Source: Anthoceros angustus
Lineage: Eukaryota > Plantae > Anthocerotophyta
Reading direction: 5' to 3'
DNA: 64,000 nucleotides
Assembly (NCBI GenBank): GCA_010909165.1
Contig: MU008156.1
Span: 806,001-870,000 of the forward strand
Part shown: positions 1-14,000 of the stretch, in pieces
How the letters are laid out: each line of letters opens with the position of its first letter
Position numbering within the stretch: position 1 is the stretch's first letter
Position numbers and translations under genes: made by a program
Notes under the pieces: model-generated
Seen by the model: only the letters and a program-made list of their open reading frames with translations
What the model was told of the DNA's origin: nothing
The model's database searches: none

Positions 1-2244
1 CTCCGTGACGCTGGTGGATCCAAGGAGGGACTCTAGCAGTATCCATGGTGTTGGAGGATCGTGAAGAGGCGCATGTTTCTGTGAGCCACGGCGAAGGTGG
101 ATATTTCATACGTAATCTACAACGGAGAGTAGCTCAAAATTAGGGCCCATGATAGAGGAGACTCTAGAATTAGAATCGAGTGGAGGAGACTCTAGAATCC
201 ATGCATATGGCGGCGAAGAGTCCAAAATCGACTCCATGGCGGAGGAGAGTCCGAATCAAAATCCACGGTGGAGGAGACTCCACAACCAAAATCCACTAGA
301 AGGAAGGATACAAAATGTATTTTGTCAAATATCCAAAGCCTCTTGAAAGTTCATACAATGGAAAAATTGCATCAAAGGAGCTTGAAGTGAAGTGGTATCA
401 GGAGTGCGAGATGTTTTACATGCTGGAGTTGTATTCAAAAGGTATGAGAAGGACAACGTGCTCACTATGTTGAAAAGCAGTGCAACTAGCTCAACTCATG
501 AGTTAGACCTTGCTAAACTACAAAGACAAAAACTAGCTTAGAACAAGAGATAAAACAGCTTCAACAAGAAGGGAATTAGAAAATGAAAAGCAACAGAAGC
601 ATATCAAGAGCTCCAAGCATTGCATGTGGAGAAGAATGCGGAGCATGAAGCATACAATGAAAATCGCAAAGGGATCGAAATATTATGTTATTGGCAAAAG
701 AAAAGGACAAGGCTGCACTTGAGGTGGAATGTAAAAAGCAAGTCGAAACATTTTTTCCTTGTGGAATGCTAGTAGCTCAACATTTCAAATCGTTATATTT
801 GTGCGAATGAGTTGAGAACATTGTATCGACTAGGCAATCGCAGACGGAAGAACACTATCGGATGAAGAGTTGTTATCTTTGAAATTTGAAATACGGAAGA
901 TCCACCAGTGCTTCCGGACCTTCAATGTATAAAAATATTGATGAATCTGATTCAATAGGCTTAAAATGTTGCACAAGAAGAAGGACTACAGGCATCCACC
1001 GCATTGCCCAAGAAGGGACTACAGCATCCACCGCATTGCCCAAGAAGGATTACAGGCATCCACCACATTGCCCAAAAGGACAACAGCATCAACGACATTG
1101 ACTAGAAAGGGACTACAAACATCCACAATTGAAAGTATACAGTGCATCCACGGCACCGCCATTGCCCAAGAAGGGACTAGGCATCCATAGTTGAAAGTGT
1201 CTGTGCTCCATCCACGGCGCCGCCATTGCCCAAAGAGGGACTACAGGCAGCTGAAAGTATACAAGTCGCATCCACACCCGCCATTGCCCAAAGAGGGACT
1301 ACAGCATCCACAAAAAGTATACAGGCTCCATCCACATCTCCGCCATTGCCCAAGAAGGGATTACAGGCATCCACAACTAAAAGTACACATGCTCCATCCA
1401 CGCCCGCCATTGCCCAAAGAGGGACTACAAGCATCCACAGTTGAAAGTATACAGGCATCCACCGCATTGCCCAAAAGGGACTACAGCATCTATGTTATTG
1501 ATTGGAAAGGGACTACAGGCATCCACGCCACCATTGCCGGGCGCCCAAGAAGGTCTACAGCATCCACGACCCTCATGGAGGAGCTATGACATCCACGACA
1601 CCACTTAGGTTGACTCGCATGGAGAAGCAAAACAAAAAGTCACAAAAGAGCAAAAGTCTATCGATCAACATGGAAAGAAAAGATATGATTACAACTCGAA
1701 TGCCAATATTTTTCGTGCTTAGAAGTTGATGATGGTTGCGAAATGGATGGCATGTCATCAATTCCAAAGCCGGGAGGTTGTGAGAAAAACAACTCATGGG
1801 GTCTCAAAGGCCCATGTTGACAAAGCAAATTCGTGTTTTGGATGCTGATCGGTAAAAATGCAATAATTCACTAGCCTTGAAGATATCAATGCCTATTGGG
1901 GACGAAGATACATTTTTGATAAGGACTCTCAAAAGAACTTCAATGCAATTCTTGGTGCCAACCATTTCCATGACACATGTCTACTTCCTAATGAAGACCC
2001 TTTGAATGCCATGCATTCTAGAGCAATAGCAAGGCCTCATAAGGCAAGTGGTCACAAGGCTTCAAAGAAAAAAGGGAGAGTTGCGCCTGGTCTGGATCAA
2101 GAAAAACAGTCTTCATATGCATGTTTTGGTCCCGATCAAGAAAAAAAGTCTTCATATGCATGTTTTGGAGCACGTGGTTGGATTTTCCTAGCTATTTTTA
2201 TTGTTATTGGTGTGATGATTGCCTATATGTGCTTTTCACGTTAA
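1..2244 (+). CDS. PPI: Array copy 1 (5'-truncated by the window): PPI-like coiled-coil, tail-anchored repeat protein; frameshifted as assembled
   Basis: Fragments MIEETLELES, YKMYFVKYPKP, ...DGRTLSDEE, P/T-rich repeats and RGWIFLAIFIVIGVMIAYMCFSR* (ORF 2002-2244) are collinear on the + strand. Confidence 0.6.
315..869 (+). other. PPI-family core domain (shown for copy 1; present in every copy)
   Basis: Indel-corrected consensus: MYFVKYPKPLESSYNGKIASKELE...AYQELQALHxEKNAEHEAYNENRK...LAKEKDKAALEVECKKQVETFFSLWNASSSTFRNRYICANELRTLYRLGTADGRTLSDEE. This parallels recalled PPI motifs FY(L/F)VKY...ADKELE, EVEKF.SLW...FR.DY and TL.RL.T.DGR.L...E. Needs HMM confirmation. Confidence 0.7.
985..1560 (+). 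repeat. Coding minisatellite (~30-60 bp units) encoding ASTAPPLPKEGLQASTVESIQ-type repeats; present in each copy
   Basis: Recurring ccgccattgcccaaagagggactacaggcatccac and ttgaaagtatacag units. Confidence 0.9.
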
Positions 2245-3313
2245 GTTTTCGAATGACTCAAGCAAGTTTATTTTTTGTAGTACTGTCGCTATGATGTAAG
2301 CAAGTTCACTTGAAAAATACTCCTATGTTCTCAAATTTTTAATTTTATTTTCACCAAGAGATGAGTTTTTTCATATCTTTGTCTTATTACAAATTCCATG
2401 TATTGCTCTGCTTAGTATGGTGCTAGTTTGTTTGAACAACTTAGATGGTTGGGGGATCGGGAGGAGGGTACGCAGAACCATCGAGCTATGCTACCTCCCA
2501 TAGCATCGATCCCACGTGTATTGTCGCTTGTTCAGTATATCCTACATATGGCACGGTGTCAGTAGAATTCTTAACATGCAGATTTTGTTACAAGCATGCC
2601 TTCACATGTAAAGACCATCAAGTAGTAGATCCTCCAAAAGGAAACCTTGTACTTCTAAGTCCATCAAATACTAAGCCCATCCAAGAAAACCAATACCACC
2701 AATATGACCAGTTCACTGGTTTATCATAGAATAATCTTCCAATCCATACATTCTTATTAAATTTGAGCATACATTTCACTTACCTTAAGCTCCAAAGCTA
2801 GCCTTTTCTATAAGCAGACTTGCCATAATTGCATTGCTAATTTTGGGACTCCTTACAACGACACATGTATGGACTACCCCTATAGGCAACATTCTCTATA
2901 AATTACATAGTAATATATATAAGCGTGTTTCCAAGCATATAACTACTTCTATAAGCATGACTTGTTAATGTATATAGTTCTTAGTTTACCTCATTTTATT
3001 TTCTTATTGTATTTCAATCGTTCTTATTTCTAGCTTTATACAACTATTTTAGGGATGGTTCTAAGTTAGAAGTTCATACCCCTATATGAGGATATAGGCT
3101 AGTACAAAGTCAAAGCAAGACTACATACTCCAAGAAAAAATCTCGATAGTTCACACTATTGTGCTATATATGTAAATACAACATTTGATTGAGCTCAAGA
3201 AGCTTTATGAGTTACTTGAGTTTTTCGAATCAAAATTATTCGCCTTCGTCAAATCTCCCTTGTACGTAAATCAAACTTGTGACCTAGTTGCCTAAATCAC
3301 GTGGGGCATCAAG
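2245..3313 (+). promoter_or_regulatory. Inter-copy spacer (3' UTR plus promoter), 1069-1085 bp in all six complete instances
   Basis: AT-rich and near-identical between copies. A TATATA motif at 3165-3170 lies ~145 bp before the ATG. Regulatory function is inferred. Confidence 0.55.
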
Positions 3314-6300
3314 ATGAGCACGATGGAGAAGACTTCAAAAGCCGCGGTGTTAGAGGAGACTACAAGACCCACCGTAGTGGAGGAGACTCTAGCACCCACG
3401 ATGGTGGAGAGACTCTAGCGCCCATGGTGGTGGAGGAGTCAACAGGACCCAAGGTGATGGCGGAGGAGGAGACTGCAAGAGCCATGGCGGTGGCCGAGCT
3501 CAAGACTCTAGCATCCACCGTGGGGAAGAGGAGGAGACTAGTACAACAAGAGCATGCATGGTGGAGAAGGAGGAGCATACTACAGAGCCACGGTCATGGT
3601 GGAGGCGGAGGAGACTCCAGCAGCCACGGTCATGTTGGAGGCGAGGAGGAGGAGCATCTGCAAGAGCCATAGTCATGGTGGAGGAGGAGGAGCATCTGCA
3701 GGAGCCACAGTCATGTTGGAGGCGGAGGAGACTCCAACAGCCTGAGGAGGAGGAGCATCGCACGAGCCATAGTCATGGTGGAGGAGGAGGAGACTACAAG
3801 AGCTACGGTGGAGGAGGAGGAGCATATTGCAGCACCCACGGCCATGTTGGAGGCAGGAGACTCCAGCAGCCACGTGGAGGAGGAGGAGCATCTTGCACGA
3901 GCCATAGTCATGGTGGAGGAGGAGGAGACTACAAGAGCTACGGTGGAGGAGGAGGAGCATATTGCAGCACCCACGGTCATGTTGGAGGCAGAGGAGACTC
4001 CAGCAGCAGCCACGATGGAGGAGGAGGAGACTACAAGAGCCACGGTGGTGGGCGAGGAAACTATAAGAACCACGGTGCAGACAATGAGCATACTACAAGA
4101 GCCCCGGAGAAGAGGAGGAGCATATTGAAGGAGCCACGGTCATGGTGGAGGATGAGGAGACTGCAGGCCACGATGGATGGGGAGGAGACTAGAAGAGCCA
4201 CGTGGTGGAGGATGAGGAGACTACAAGAGCCATGGTGGAGGAGGAGGGGCATCTGCAAGAGCCACGGTGGTGGAGGATGAGCGCAGGCTGAGTGCAGCCA
4301 CGGTGGAGGAGGAGGAGACTACAAGACCCACATTGCATGTGGAGGACGAGCATATTGCGACCACGCTCATGGTGGAGGAGGAGACCTAGTAGAAAACCAC
4401 GGTGGAGGAGTCAACAGGACCCAAGGTGATGGCGAGGAGGAGACTGCAAGAGCCATGGCGGTGGCCGAGCTCAAGACTCTAGCATCCACTGTGGGGAAGA
4501 GGAGGAGACTAGTACAACAAGAGCATGCATGGTGGAGAAGGAGGAGCATACTACAGAGCCACCATGGTGGAGGCGGAGGAGACTCCAGCCACAAGTGGAG
4601 GAGGAGGAGCATCTGCAAGAGCCATAGTCATGGTGGAGGAGGAGGAGCATCGCAGAGCCATGCCATGTTGGAGGCAGAGGAGACTCCAACAGCAGCCACG
4701 GGAGGAGGAGGAGCGATCGCACGAGCCATAGTCATGGTGGAGGAGGAGGAGACTACAAGAGCTACGGTGGAGGAGGAGGAGCATATTGCAGCACCCACGG
4801 CCATGTTGGAGGCAGGAGACTCCAGCAGCCACGTGGAGGAGGAGGAGCATCTTGCACGAGCCATAGTCATGGTGGAGGAGGAGGAGACTACAAGAGCTAC
4901 GGTGGAGGAGGAGGAGCATATTGCAGCACCCACGGTCATGTTGGAGGCAGAGGAGACTCCAGCAGCAGCCACGGTGGTGATTGGAGGAGGAGGAGACTAC
5001 AAGAGCCACGGTGGTGGGCGAGGAAACTATAAGAACCACGGTGCAGACAATGAGCATACTACAAGAGCCCCGGAGAAGAGGAGGAGCATATTGAAGGAGC
5101 CACGGTCATGGTGGAGGATGAGGAGACTGCAGGCCACGATGGATGGGGAGGAGACTAGAAGAGCCACGTGGTGGAGGATGAGGAGACTACAAGAGCCATG
5201 GTGGAGGAGGAGGGGCATCTGCAAGAGCCACGGTGGTGGAGGATGAGCGCAGGCTGAGTGCAGCCACGGTGGAGGAGGAGGAGACTACAAGACCCACATT
5301 GCATGTGGAGGACGAGCATATTGCGACCACGCTCATGGTGGAGGAGGAGACCTAGTAGAAACCACGGTGGAGGAGTCAACAGGACCCAAGGTGATGGCGA
5401 GGAGGAGACTGCAAGAGCCATGGCGGTGGCCGAGCTCAAGACTCTAGCATCCACTGTGGGGAAGAGGAGGAGACTAGTACAACAAGAGCATGCATGGTGG
5501 AGAAGGAGGAGCATACTACGGAGCCACCATGGTGGAGGCGGAGGAGACTCCAGCCACAAGTGGAGGAGGAGGAGCATCTGCAAGAGCCATAGTCATGGTG
5601 GAGGAGGAGGAGCATCGCAGAGCCATGCCATGTTGGAGGCAGAGGAGACTCCAACAGCAGCCACGGGAGGAGGAGGAGCGATCGCACGAGCCATAGTCAT
5701 GGTGGAGGAGGAGGAGACTACAAGAGCTACGGTGGAGGAGGAGGAGCATATTGCAGCACCCACGGTCATGTTGGAGGCAGGAGACTCCAGCAGCCACGTG
5801 GAGGAGGAGGAGCATCTTGCACGAGCCATAGTCATGGTGGAGGAGGAGGAGACTACAAGAGCTACGGTGGAGGAGGAGGAGCATATTGCAGACCCACGGT
5901 CATGTTGGAGGCAGAGACTCCAGCAGCAGCCACAGTGGAGGAGGAGGAGACTACAAGAGCCACGGTGGTGGACGATGAGGAAACTATAAGAACCACAGTG
6001 ACAATGAGCATACTACAAGAGCCCCGGAGAAGAGGAGGAGCATATTGAAGGAGCCACGGTCATGGTGGAGGATGAGGAGACTGCAGGCCACGATGGATGG
6101 GGAGGAGACTAGAAGAGCCACGTGGTGGAGGATGAGGAGACTACAAGAGCCATGGTGGAGGAGGAGGGGCATATCGCACGAGCCACGTGGTGGAGGATGA
6201 GCGATCGCAGTGCAGCCACGGTGGAGGAGGAGGAGACTACAAGACCCACATTGCATGTGGAGGACGAGCATATTGCAGCGACCACGCTCATGGTGGAGGA

Positions 6301-6843
6301 TGAGGAAACTACAGGAGCCAAGATGGAGGAGGAGGAGACTACACGAGCCACGTGGTGGAGGAGGCTGCAGTGCTACCCACACGCTGGTGAAGGAGGAGGA
6401 GACTACAGGAGCCACGGTGGCGGAGGAGACTCCAAGACTACCCAAGATGGTGGAAGAGGAGCATACTACAGGAGCCACGTAATGGTGGACGAGGAGAATA
6501 TTACGACGCTACGGTGATGGAGGAAGAGGAGGAGACTCAACAGCAGCCACAATGGTCAAGAAGGAGGAGGAGACCCTAGTAGAAACCACGGTGGTGGTGG
6601 AGGAGGTGGAGACTCCAACATGCGCAGACCGACGGTGGTGGAGGATGAGGAGGAGTCTCAAACAACATCAACGGTGGTGATTACGGAGGAGGAGACTCTA
6701 GCGGCCGTGGTGGATCCGAAGGAGGGACTCTAGCGGTATCCATGGTGTTGGAGGATCGGGAAGAGGCGCATGTTTCAGAGCCACGGCGAAGGTGGATATT
6801 TCATACGTAATCTACAACGGAGAGTAGCTCAAAATTAGGGCCC
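3314..6843 (+). repeat. GAG-rich coding minisatellite encoding MVEEEETTRATVEEEEHIAAPTVMLEAEETP-type acidic repeats; length varies per copy
   Basis: Repeated gtggaggaggaggagactacaagagc and gcacgagccatagtcatg modules. Confidence 0.92.
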
Positions 6844-9800
6844 ATGATAGAGGAGACTCTAGAATTAGAATCGATGGAGGAGACTCTAGAATCCATGCAT
6901 ATGGCGGCGAAGAGTCCAAAATCGACTCCATGGCGGAGGAGAGTCCGAATCAATCCACGGTGGAGGAGACTCAACCAAAATCCACGGAAGGATACAAAAT
7001 GTATTTTGTCAAATATCCAAAGCCTCTTGAAAGTTCATACAATGGAAAAATTGCATCAAAGGAGCTTGAAGTGAAGTGGTATGTGAGTGCGAGATGTTTT
7101 ACATGCTGGAGTTGTATTCAAAAGGTATGAGAAGGACAACGTGCTCACTATGTTGAAAGCGGCTCGTGCAACTAGCTCAACTCATGAGTTAGACCTTGCT
7201 AAACTACAAAGACAAAAACTAGCTTAGAACAAGAGATAAAACGACTTCAACAAGAAGGGAATTAGAAAATGAAAAGCAATGTAGCATATCAAGAGCTCCA
7301 AGCATTGCACAGGAGAAGAATGCGGAGCATGAAGCATACAATGAAAATCGCAAAGGGATCGTAAATATTATGTTATTGGCAAAAGAAAAGGACAAGGCTG
7401 CACTTGAGGTGGAATGTAAAAGCAAGTCGAAACATTTTTTCCTTGTGGAATGCTAGTAGCTCAACATTTCAAATCGTTATATTTGTGCGAATGAGTTGAG
7501 AACATTGTATGCTAGGCACCTAGCGAAGAACACTATCGGATGAAGAGTTGTTATCTTTGAAATTTGAAATACCGTAAGATCCACTGCTTCCGGACCTTCA
7601 ATGTATAAAAATATTGATGATACAGATTTCAATAGGCTTAAAAATGTTGCACAAGAAGAAAATTATGGACTGTGCATCCACCGCATTGCCCAAGAAGGAC
7701 TCTGAGGCATCCACCGTGCCCAAGAAGGATTACAGCATCCACCACATTGCCCAAAAGGGACAACAGCATCAACGACATTGACTAGAAAAGGACTACAAAC
7801 ATCCACAATTGAAAGTATACAGTCGCATCCACGGCACCGCCATTGCCCAAGAAGGACTACAGGCATCCATAGTTGAAAGTGTGCTCCATCCACGGCGCCG
7901 CCATTGCCCAAAGAGGGACTCTGAGGCATCCGCAGCTGAAAGTACTGCATCCACTCCGCCATTGCCCAAAGAGGGACTGAGCATCCACTAAAAGTATACA
8001 GCTCCATCCACATCTCCGCCATTGCCCAAAGAGGGACTACAGCATCCACAACTAAAAGTACACATGCTCCATCCACAGCCCGCCATTGCCCAAAGAGGGA
8101 CTACAAGCATCCAGTTGAAAGTATACAGCATCCACCGCATTGCCCAAGAAGGACTACAGCATCTATGTTATTGATTGGAAAGGGACTACAGGCATCCACA
8201 GGCGCCACCATTGCGGCGCCCAAAGAGGGACTCTGAGGCATCCACGACAATTCCCGCGGAGGAGCTACAGACATCCACGACACCACTTAGGTTGACTCGC
8301 ATGGAGAAGCAAAACAAAAAGTCACAAAAGAGCAAAAGTCTATCGATCAACATGGAAAGAAAAGATATGATTACAACTCGAATGCCAATATTTTTCGTGC
8401 TTAGAAGTTGATGATGGTTGCGAAATGGATGGCATGTCATCAATTCCAAAGTCGGAGGTTGTGAGAAAAACAACTCATGGGGTCTCAAAGGCCCATGTTG
8501 ACAAAGCAAATTCGTGTTTGGATGCTGATCGACTAAAATGCAGAAGAACACTATCGGATGAAGAGTTGTTATCTTTGAAATTTGAAATACCGTAAGATCC
8601 ACTGCTTCCGGACCTTCAATGTATAAAAATATTGATGATACTGATTCCAATAGGCTTAAAAATGTTGCACAAGAAGAAAATTCGGACTCTGTGCATCCAC
8701 CGCATTGCCCAAGAAGGACTGGCATCCACCGCATTGCCCAAGAAGGGATTACAGGCATCCACCACATTGCCCAAAAGGGACAACAGCATCAACGACATTG
8801 ACTAGAAAGGGACTACAAACATCCACAATTGAAAGTATACAGTGCATCCACGCACCGCCATTGCCCAAGAAGGACTACAGGCATCCATAGTTGAAAGTGT
8901 ACAGGCTCCATCCACGGCGCCGCCATTGCCCAAAGAGGGACTCTGAGGCATCCGCAGCTGAAAGTATACAGTGCATCCACGCCTCCGCCATTGCCCAAAG
9001 AGGGACTGGCATCCACAACTAAAAGTATACAGCTCCATCCACATCTCCGCCATTGCCCAAAGAGGGACTACAGGCATCCACAACTAAAAGTACACATGCT
9101 CCATCCACTCCGCCATTGCCCAAAGAGGGACTACAAGCATCCATGCTTGAAAGTATACAGCATCCACCGCATTGCCCCAAAAGGGACTCTGCATCTATGT
9201 TATTGATTGGAAAGGGACTACAGGCATCCACGCCACCATTGCGGCGCCCAAGAAGGTCTACAGCATCCACGACAATTCCATGAGGAGCTACAGACATCCA
9301 CGACACCACTTAGGTTGACTCGCATGGAGAAGCAAAACAAAAAGTCACAAAGAGCAAAAGTCTATCGATCAACATGGAAAGAAAAGATATGATTACAACT
9401 CAATGCCAATATTTTTCGTGCTTAGAAGTTGATGATGGTTGCGAAATGGATGGCATGTCATCAATTCCAAAGCCGCCGGAGGTTGTGAGAAAAACAACTC
9501 ATGGGGTCTCAAAGGCCCATGTTGACAAAGCAAATTCGTGTTTTGGATGCTGATCGGGTAAAAATGCAATAATTCACTAGCCTTGAAGATATCAATGCCT
9601 ATTGGGGACGAAGATACATTTTTGATAAGGACTCTCAAAAGAACTTCAATGCAATTCTTGGTGCCAACCATTTCCATGACACATGTCTACTTCCTAATGA
9701 AGACCCTTTGAATGCCATGCATTCTAGAGCAATAGCAAGGCCTCATAAGGCAAGTGGTCACAAGGCTTCAAAGAAAAAGGGAGAGTTGCGCTGGTCCGGA

Positions 9801-9945
9801 TCAAGAAAAAAGTCTTCATATGCATGTTTTGGTCCCGATCAAGAAAAAGTCTTCATATGCATGTTTTGGAGCACGTGGTTGGATTTTCCTAGCTATTTTT
9901 ATTGTTATTGGTGTGATGATTGCCTATATGTGCTTTTCACGTTAA
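3314..9945 (+). CDS. PPI: Array copy 2: PPI-like repeat protein with two internal duplications (~965 bp and ~1020 bp); frameshifted as assembled
   Basis: ATG 3314 (MSTMEKTSKAAVLEETT) to TM stop 9945, with the same module order as the other copies. Confidence 0.55.
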
Positions 9946-11015
9946 GTTTTCGAATGACTCAAGCAAGTTTATTTTTGTAGCACGGTGTCGCTATGATGTA
10001 AGCAAGTTCACTTGAAAATACTCCTATGTTCTCAAATTTTTAATTTTATTTTCACCAAGAGATGAGTTTTTCATATCTTTGTCTTATTACAAATTCCATG
10101 TATTGCTCCTGCTTAGTATGGTGCTAGTTTGTTTGAACAACTTAGATGGTTGGGGGATCGGGAGGGAGGGTACGCAGAACCATCGAGCTATGCTACCTCC
10201 CATAGCATCGATCCCACGTGTATTGTCGTTGTCTAGTATATCCTACATATGGCACCTGTCTAGTAGAATTCTTAACATGCATTTTGTTACAAGCATGCCT
10301 TCACATGTAAAGACCATCAAGTAGTAGATCCTCCAAAAGGAAACCTTGTACTTCTAAGTCCATCAAATACTAAGCCCATCCAAGAAAACCAATACCACCA
10401 ATATGACTGTTCACTGGTTTATCATAGAATAATCTTCCAATCCATACATTCTTATTAAATTTGAGCATACATTTCACTTACCTTAAGCTCCAAAGCTAGC
10501 CTTTTCTATAAGCCGCAGACTTGCCATAATTGCATTGCTAATTTTGGGACTCCTTACAACGACACATGTATGGACTACCCCTATAGGCAACATTCTCTAT
10601 AAATTACATAGTAATATATATAAGCGTGTTTCCAAGCATATAACTACTTCTATAAGCATGACTTGTTAATGTATATAGTTCTTAGTTTACCTCATTTTAT
10701 TTTCTTATTGTATTTCACCGGTTCTTATTTCTAGCTTTATACAACTATTTTAGGGATGGTTCTAAGTTAGGAAGTTCATACCCCTATATGAGGATATAGG
10801 CTAGTACAAAGTCAAAGCGATTACTACATACTCCAAGAAAAAATCTCGATAGTTCACACTATTGTGCTATATATGTAAATACAACATTTGATTGAGCTCA
10901 AGAAGCTTTATGAGTTACTTGAGTTTTTCGAATCAAAATTATTCGCCATCGGTCAAATCTCCTTGTACGTAAATCAAACTTGTGACCTAGTTGCCTAAAT
11001 CTGTGGGGCATCAAG

Positions 11016-14000
11016 ATGAGCACGATGGAGAAGACTTCAAAAGCCGCGGTGTTAGAGGAGACTACAAGACCCACCGTAGTGGAGGAGACTCTAGCACCCA
11101 CGATGGTGGAGAGACTCTAGCGCCCATGGTGGTGGAGGAGTCAGACCCAAGGTGATGGCGGAGGAGGAGACTGCAAGAGCCATGGCGGTGGCCGAGCTCA
11201 AGACTCTAGCATCCACCGTGGGGAAGAGGAGGAGACTAGTACAACAAGAGCCTGCATGGTGGAGAAGGAGGAGCATACTACAGAGCCTCATGGTGGAGGC
11301 GGAGGAGACTCCAGCAGCCAAAGTGGAGGAGGAGGAGCATCTGCAAGAGCCATAGTCATGGTGGAGGAGGAGGAGCATATCTGCAGGAGCCACGGTCATG
11401 TTGGAGGCGGAGGAGACTCAGCAGCCACAGTGGAGGAGGAGGAGCGTCGCACGAGCCATAGTCATGGTGGAGGAGGAGGAGACTACAAGAGCTACGGTGG
11501 AGGAGGAGCATATTGCAGCACCCACGGCCATGGTGGTGGAGGCGGAGGAGACTCCATGGCGGTGGTGGTGGAGGAGGAGCATCTTGCACGAGCCATAGTC
11601 ATGGTGGAGGAGGAGGAGACTACAAGAGCTACGGTGGAGGAGGAGGAGCATATTGCAGCACCCACGGTCATGTTGGAGGCGAGAGGAGACTCAGCCACGT
11701 GGAGGAGGAGGAGACTACAAGAGCCACGGTGGTGGGCGATGAGGAAACTATAAGAACCACGGTGCAGACAATGAGCATACTACAAGAGCCCGGAGAAGAG
11801 GAGGAGCATATTGAAGGAGCCACGGTCATGGTGGAGGAGGAGGAGAGACTCTAGCACCCACGATGGATGGGGAGGAGACTAGAAGAGCCACGGTGGTGGA
11901 GGATGAGGAGACTACAAGAGCCATGGTGGAGGAGGAGGGGCATCTTGCACGAGCCACAGTCGTGGTGGAGGATGAGCCGGTACGCAGTGCGGCCACGGTG
12001 GAGGAGGAGGAGACTACAAGACCCACATTGCATGTGGAGGACGAGCATATTGCAGACCACGCTCATGGTGGAGGATGAGGAAACTACAGAGCCAAGATGG
12101 AGGAGGAGGAGACTACACGAGCCACGGTGGTGGAGGAGGCTGCAGTGCTACCCACACGCGTGGTGAAGGAGGAGGAGACTACAGAGCCACAGCAGCCACG
12201 GTGGCGGAGGAGACTCAAGACTACCCAAGATGGTGGAAGAGGAGCATACTGCAGGAGCCACGGTCATGTTGGAGGCAGAGGAGACTCCAACAGCAGCCAG
12301 TGGAGGAGGAGGAGCGATCGCACGAGCCATAGTGGTGGAGGAGGAGGAGACTACAAGAGCTACGGTGGAGGAGGAGGAGCATATTGCAGACCCACGGTCA
12401 TGTTGGAGGCGAGGAGACTCCAGCAGCCAGTGGAGGAGGAGGAGCACTGCACGAGCCATAGTCATGGTGGAGGAGGAGGAGACTACAAGAGCTACGGTGG
12501 AGGAGGAGGAGCATATTGCACCCACGGCCATGTTGGAGGCGAGAGGAGACTAGAAGAGCCACAGTGGAGGAGGAGGAGACTACAAGAGCCACGGTGGTGG
12601 ACGATGAGGAAACTATAAGAACCACGGTGCAGGTGACAATGAGCATACTACAAGAGCCCGGAGAAGAGGAGGAGCATATTGAAGGAGCCACGGTCATGGT
12701 GGAGGATGAGGAGACTGCAGGCCACGATGGATGGGGAGGAGACTAGAAGAGCCACAGGTGGAGGATGAGGAGACTACAAGAGCCATGGTGGAGGAGGGGC
12801 ATATCGCACGAGCCACGCCGTGGTGGAGGATGAGCAGACCGCAGTGCAGCCACGGTGGAGGAGGAGGAGACTACAAGACCCACATTGCATGTGGAGGACG
12901 AGCATATTGCGACCACGCTCATGGTGGAGGATGAGGAAACTACAGGAGCCAAGATGGAGGAGGAGGAGACTACACGAGCCACGTGGTGGAGGAGACTGCA
13001 GTGCTACCCACACGCGTGGTGAAGGAGGAGGAGACTACAGGAGCCACGGCATGGAGGAGACTCAAGACTACCCAAGATGGTGGAAGAGGAGCATACCACA
13101 GAGCCACAAGAATGGTGGACGAGGAGAATATTACGACGCTACGGTGATGGAGGAAGAGGAGGAGACTCAACAGCAGCCACAATGGTCAAGAAGGAGGAGG
13201 AGACCCTAGTAGAAACCACGGTGGTGGTGGAGGAGGTGGAGACTCAACATGCGCCTGCACCGACGGTGGTGGAGGATGAGGAGGAGTCTCAAACAACATC
13301 AACGGTGGTGATTCTGGAGGAGGAGACTCTAGCGGACGCTGGTGGATCCGAAGGAGGAGGAGACTCTAGCAGATCCATGGTGTTGGAGGATCGTGAAGAG
13401 GCGCATGTCTGTGAGCCACGGCAAGGTGGATATTTCATATCTGAATCTACAACGAGAGTAGCTCAAAATTAGGGCCCATGATAGAGGAGACTCTAGAATT
13501 AGAATCGATGGAGGAGACTCTAGAATCCATGCATATGGCGGCGAAGAGTCCAAAATCAGACTCCATGGCGGAGGAGAGTCCGGAATCAAAATCCACGTGG
13601 AGGAGACTCCAAAACCAAAACTCAGAAGGATACAAAATGTATTTTGTCAAATATCCAAAGCCTCTTGAAAGTTCATACAATGGAAAAATTGCATCAAAGG
13701 AGCTTGAAGTGAAGTGGTACTGTGGAGTGCGAGATGTTTTACATGCTGGAGTTGTATTCAAAAGGTATGAGAAGGACAACGTGCTCACTATGTTGAAAGT
13801 ACTGCAACTAGCTCAACTCATGAGTTAGACCTTGCTAAACTACAAAGACAAAAACTAGCTTAGAACAAGAGATAAAACACTTCAACAAGAAAGGAATTAG
13901 AAAATGAAAAGCAACAGAAGCATATCAAGAGCTCCAAGCATTGCACAGGAGAAGAATGCGGAGCATGAAGCATACAATGAAAATCGCAAAGGGATCAAAT

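Noticed and set aside
985-1560. CRISPR-like look of the recurring ccgccattgcccaaagagggactac motif
   Set aside because: The intervening sequences are themselves repeats in one protein frame rather than unique spacers; the context is eukaryotic and there are no cas genes.
2445-2760. Short ORFs in the inter-copy spacer (e.g. ...FCYKHAFTCKDHQVVDPPKGNLV...)
   Set aside because: They recur only because the spacer is repeated; starts are inconsistent between copies and no domain is recognisable.
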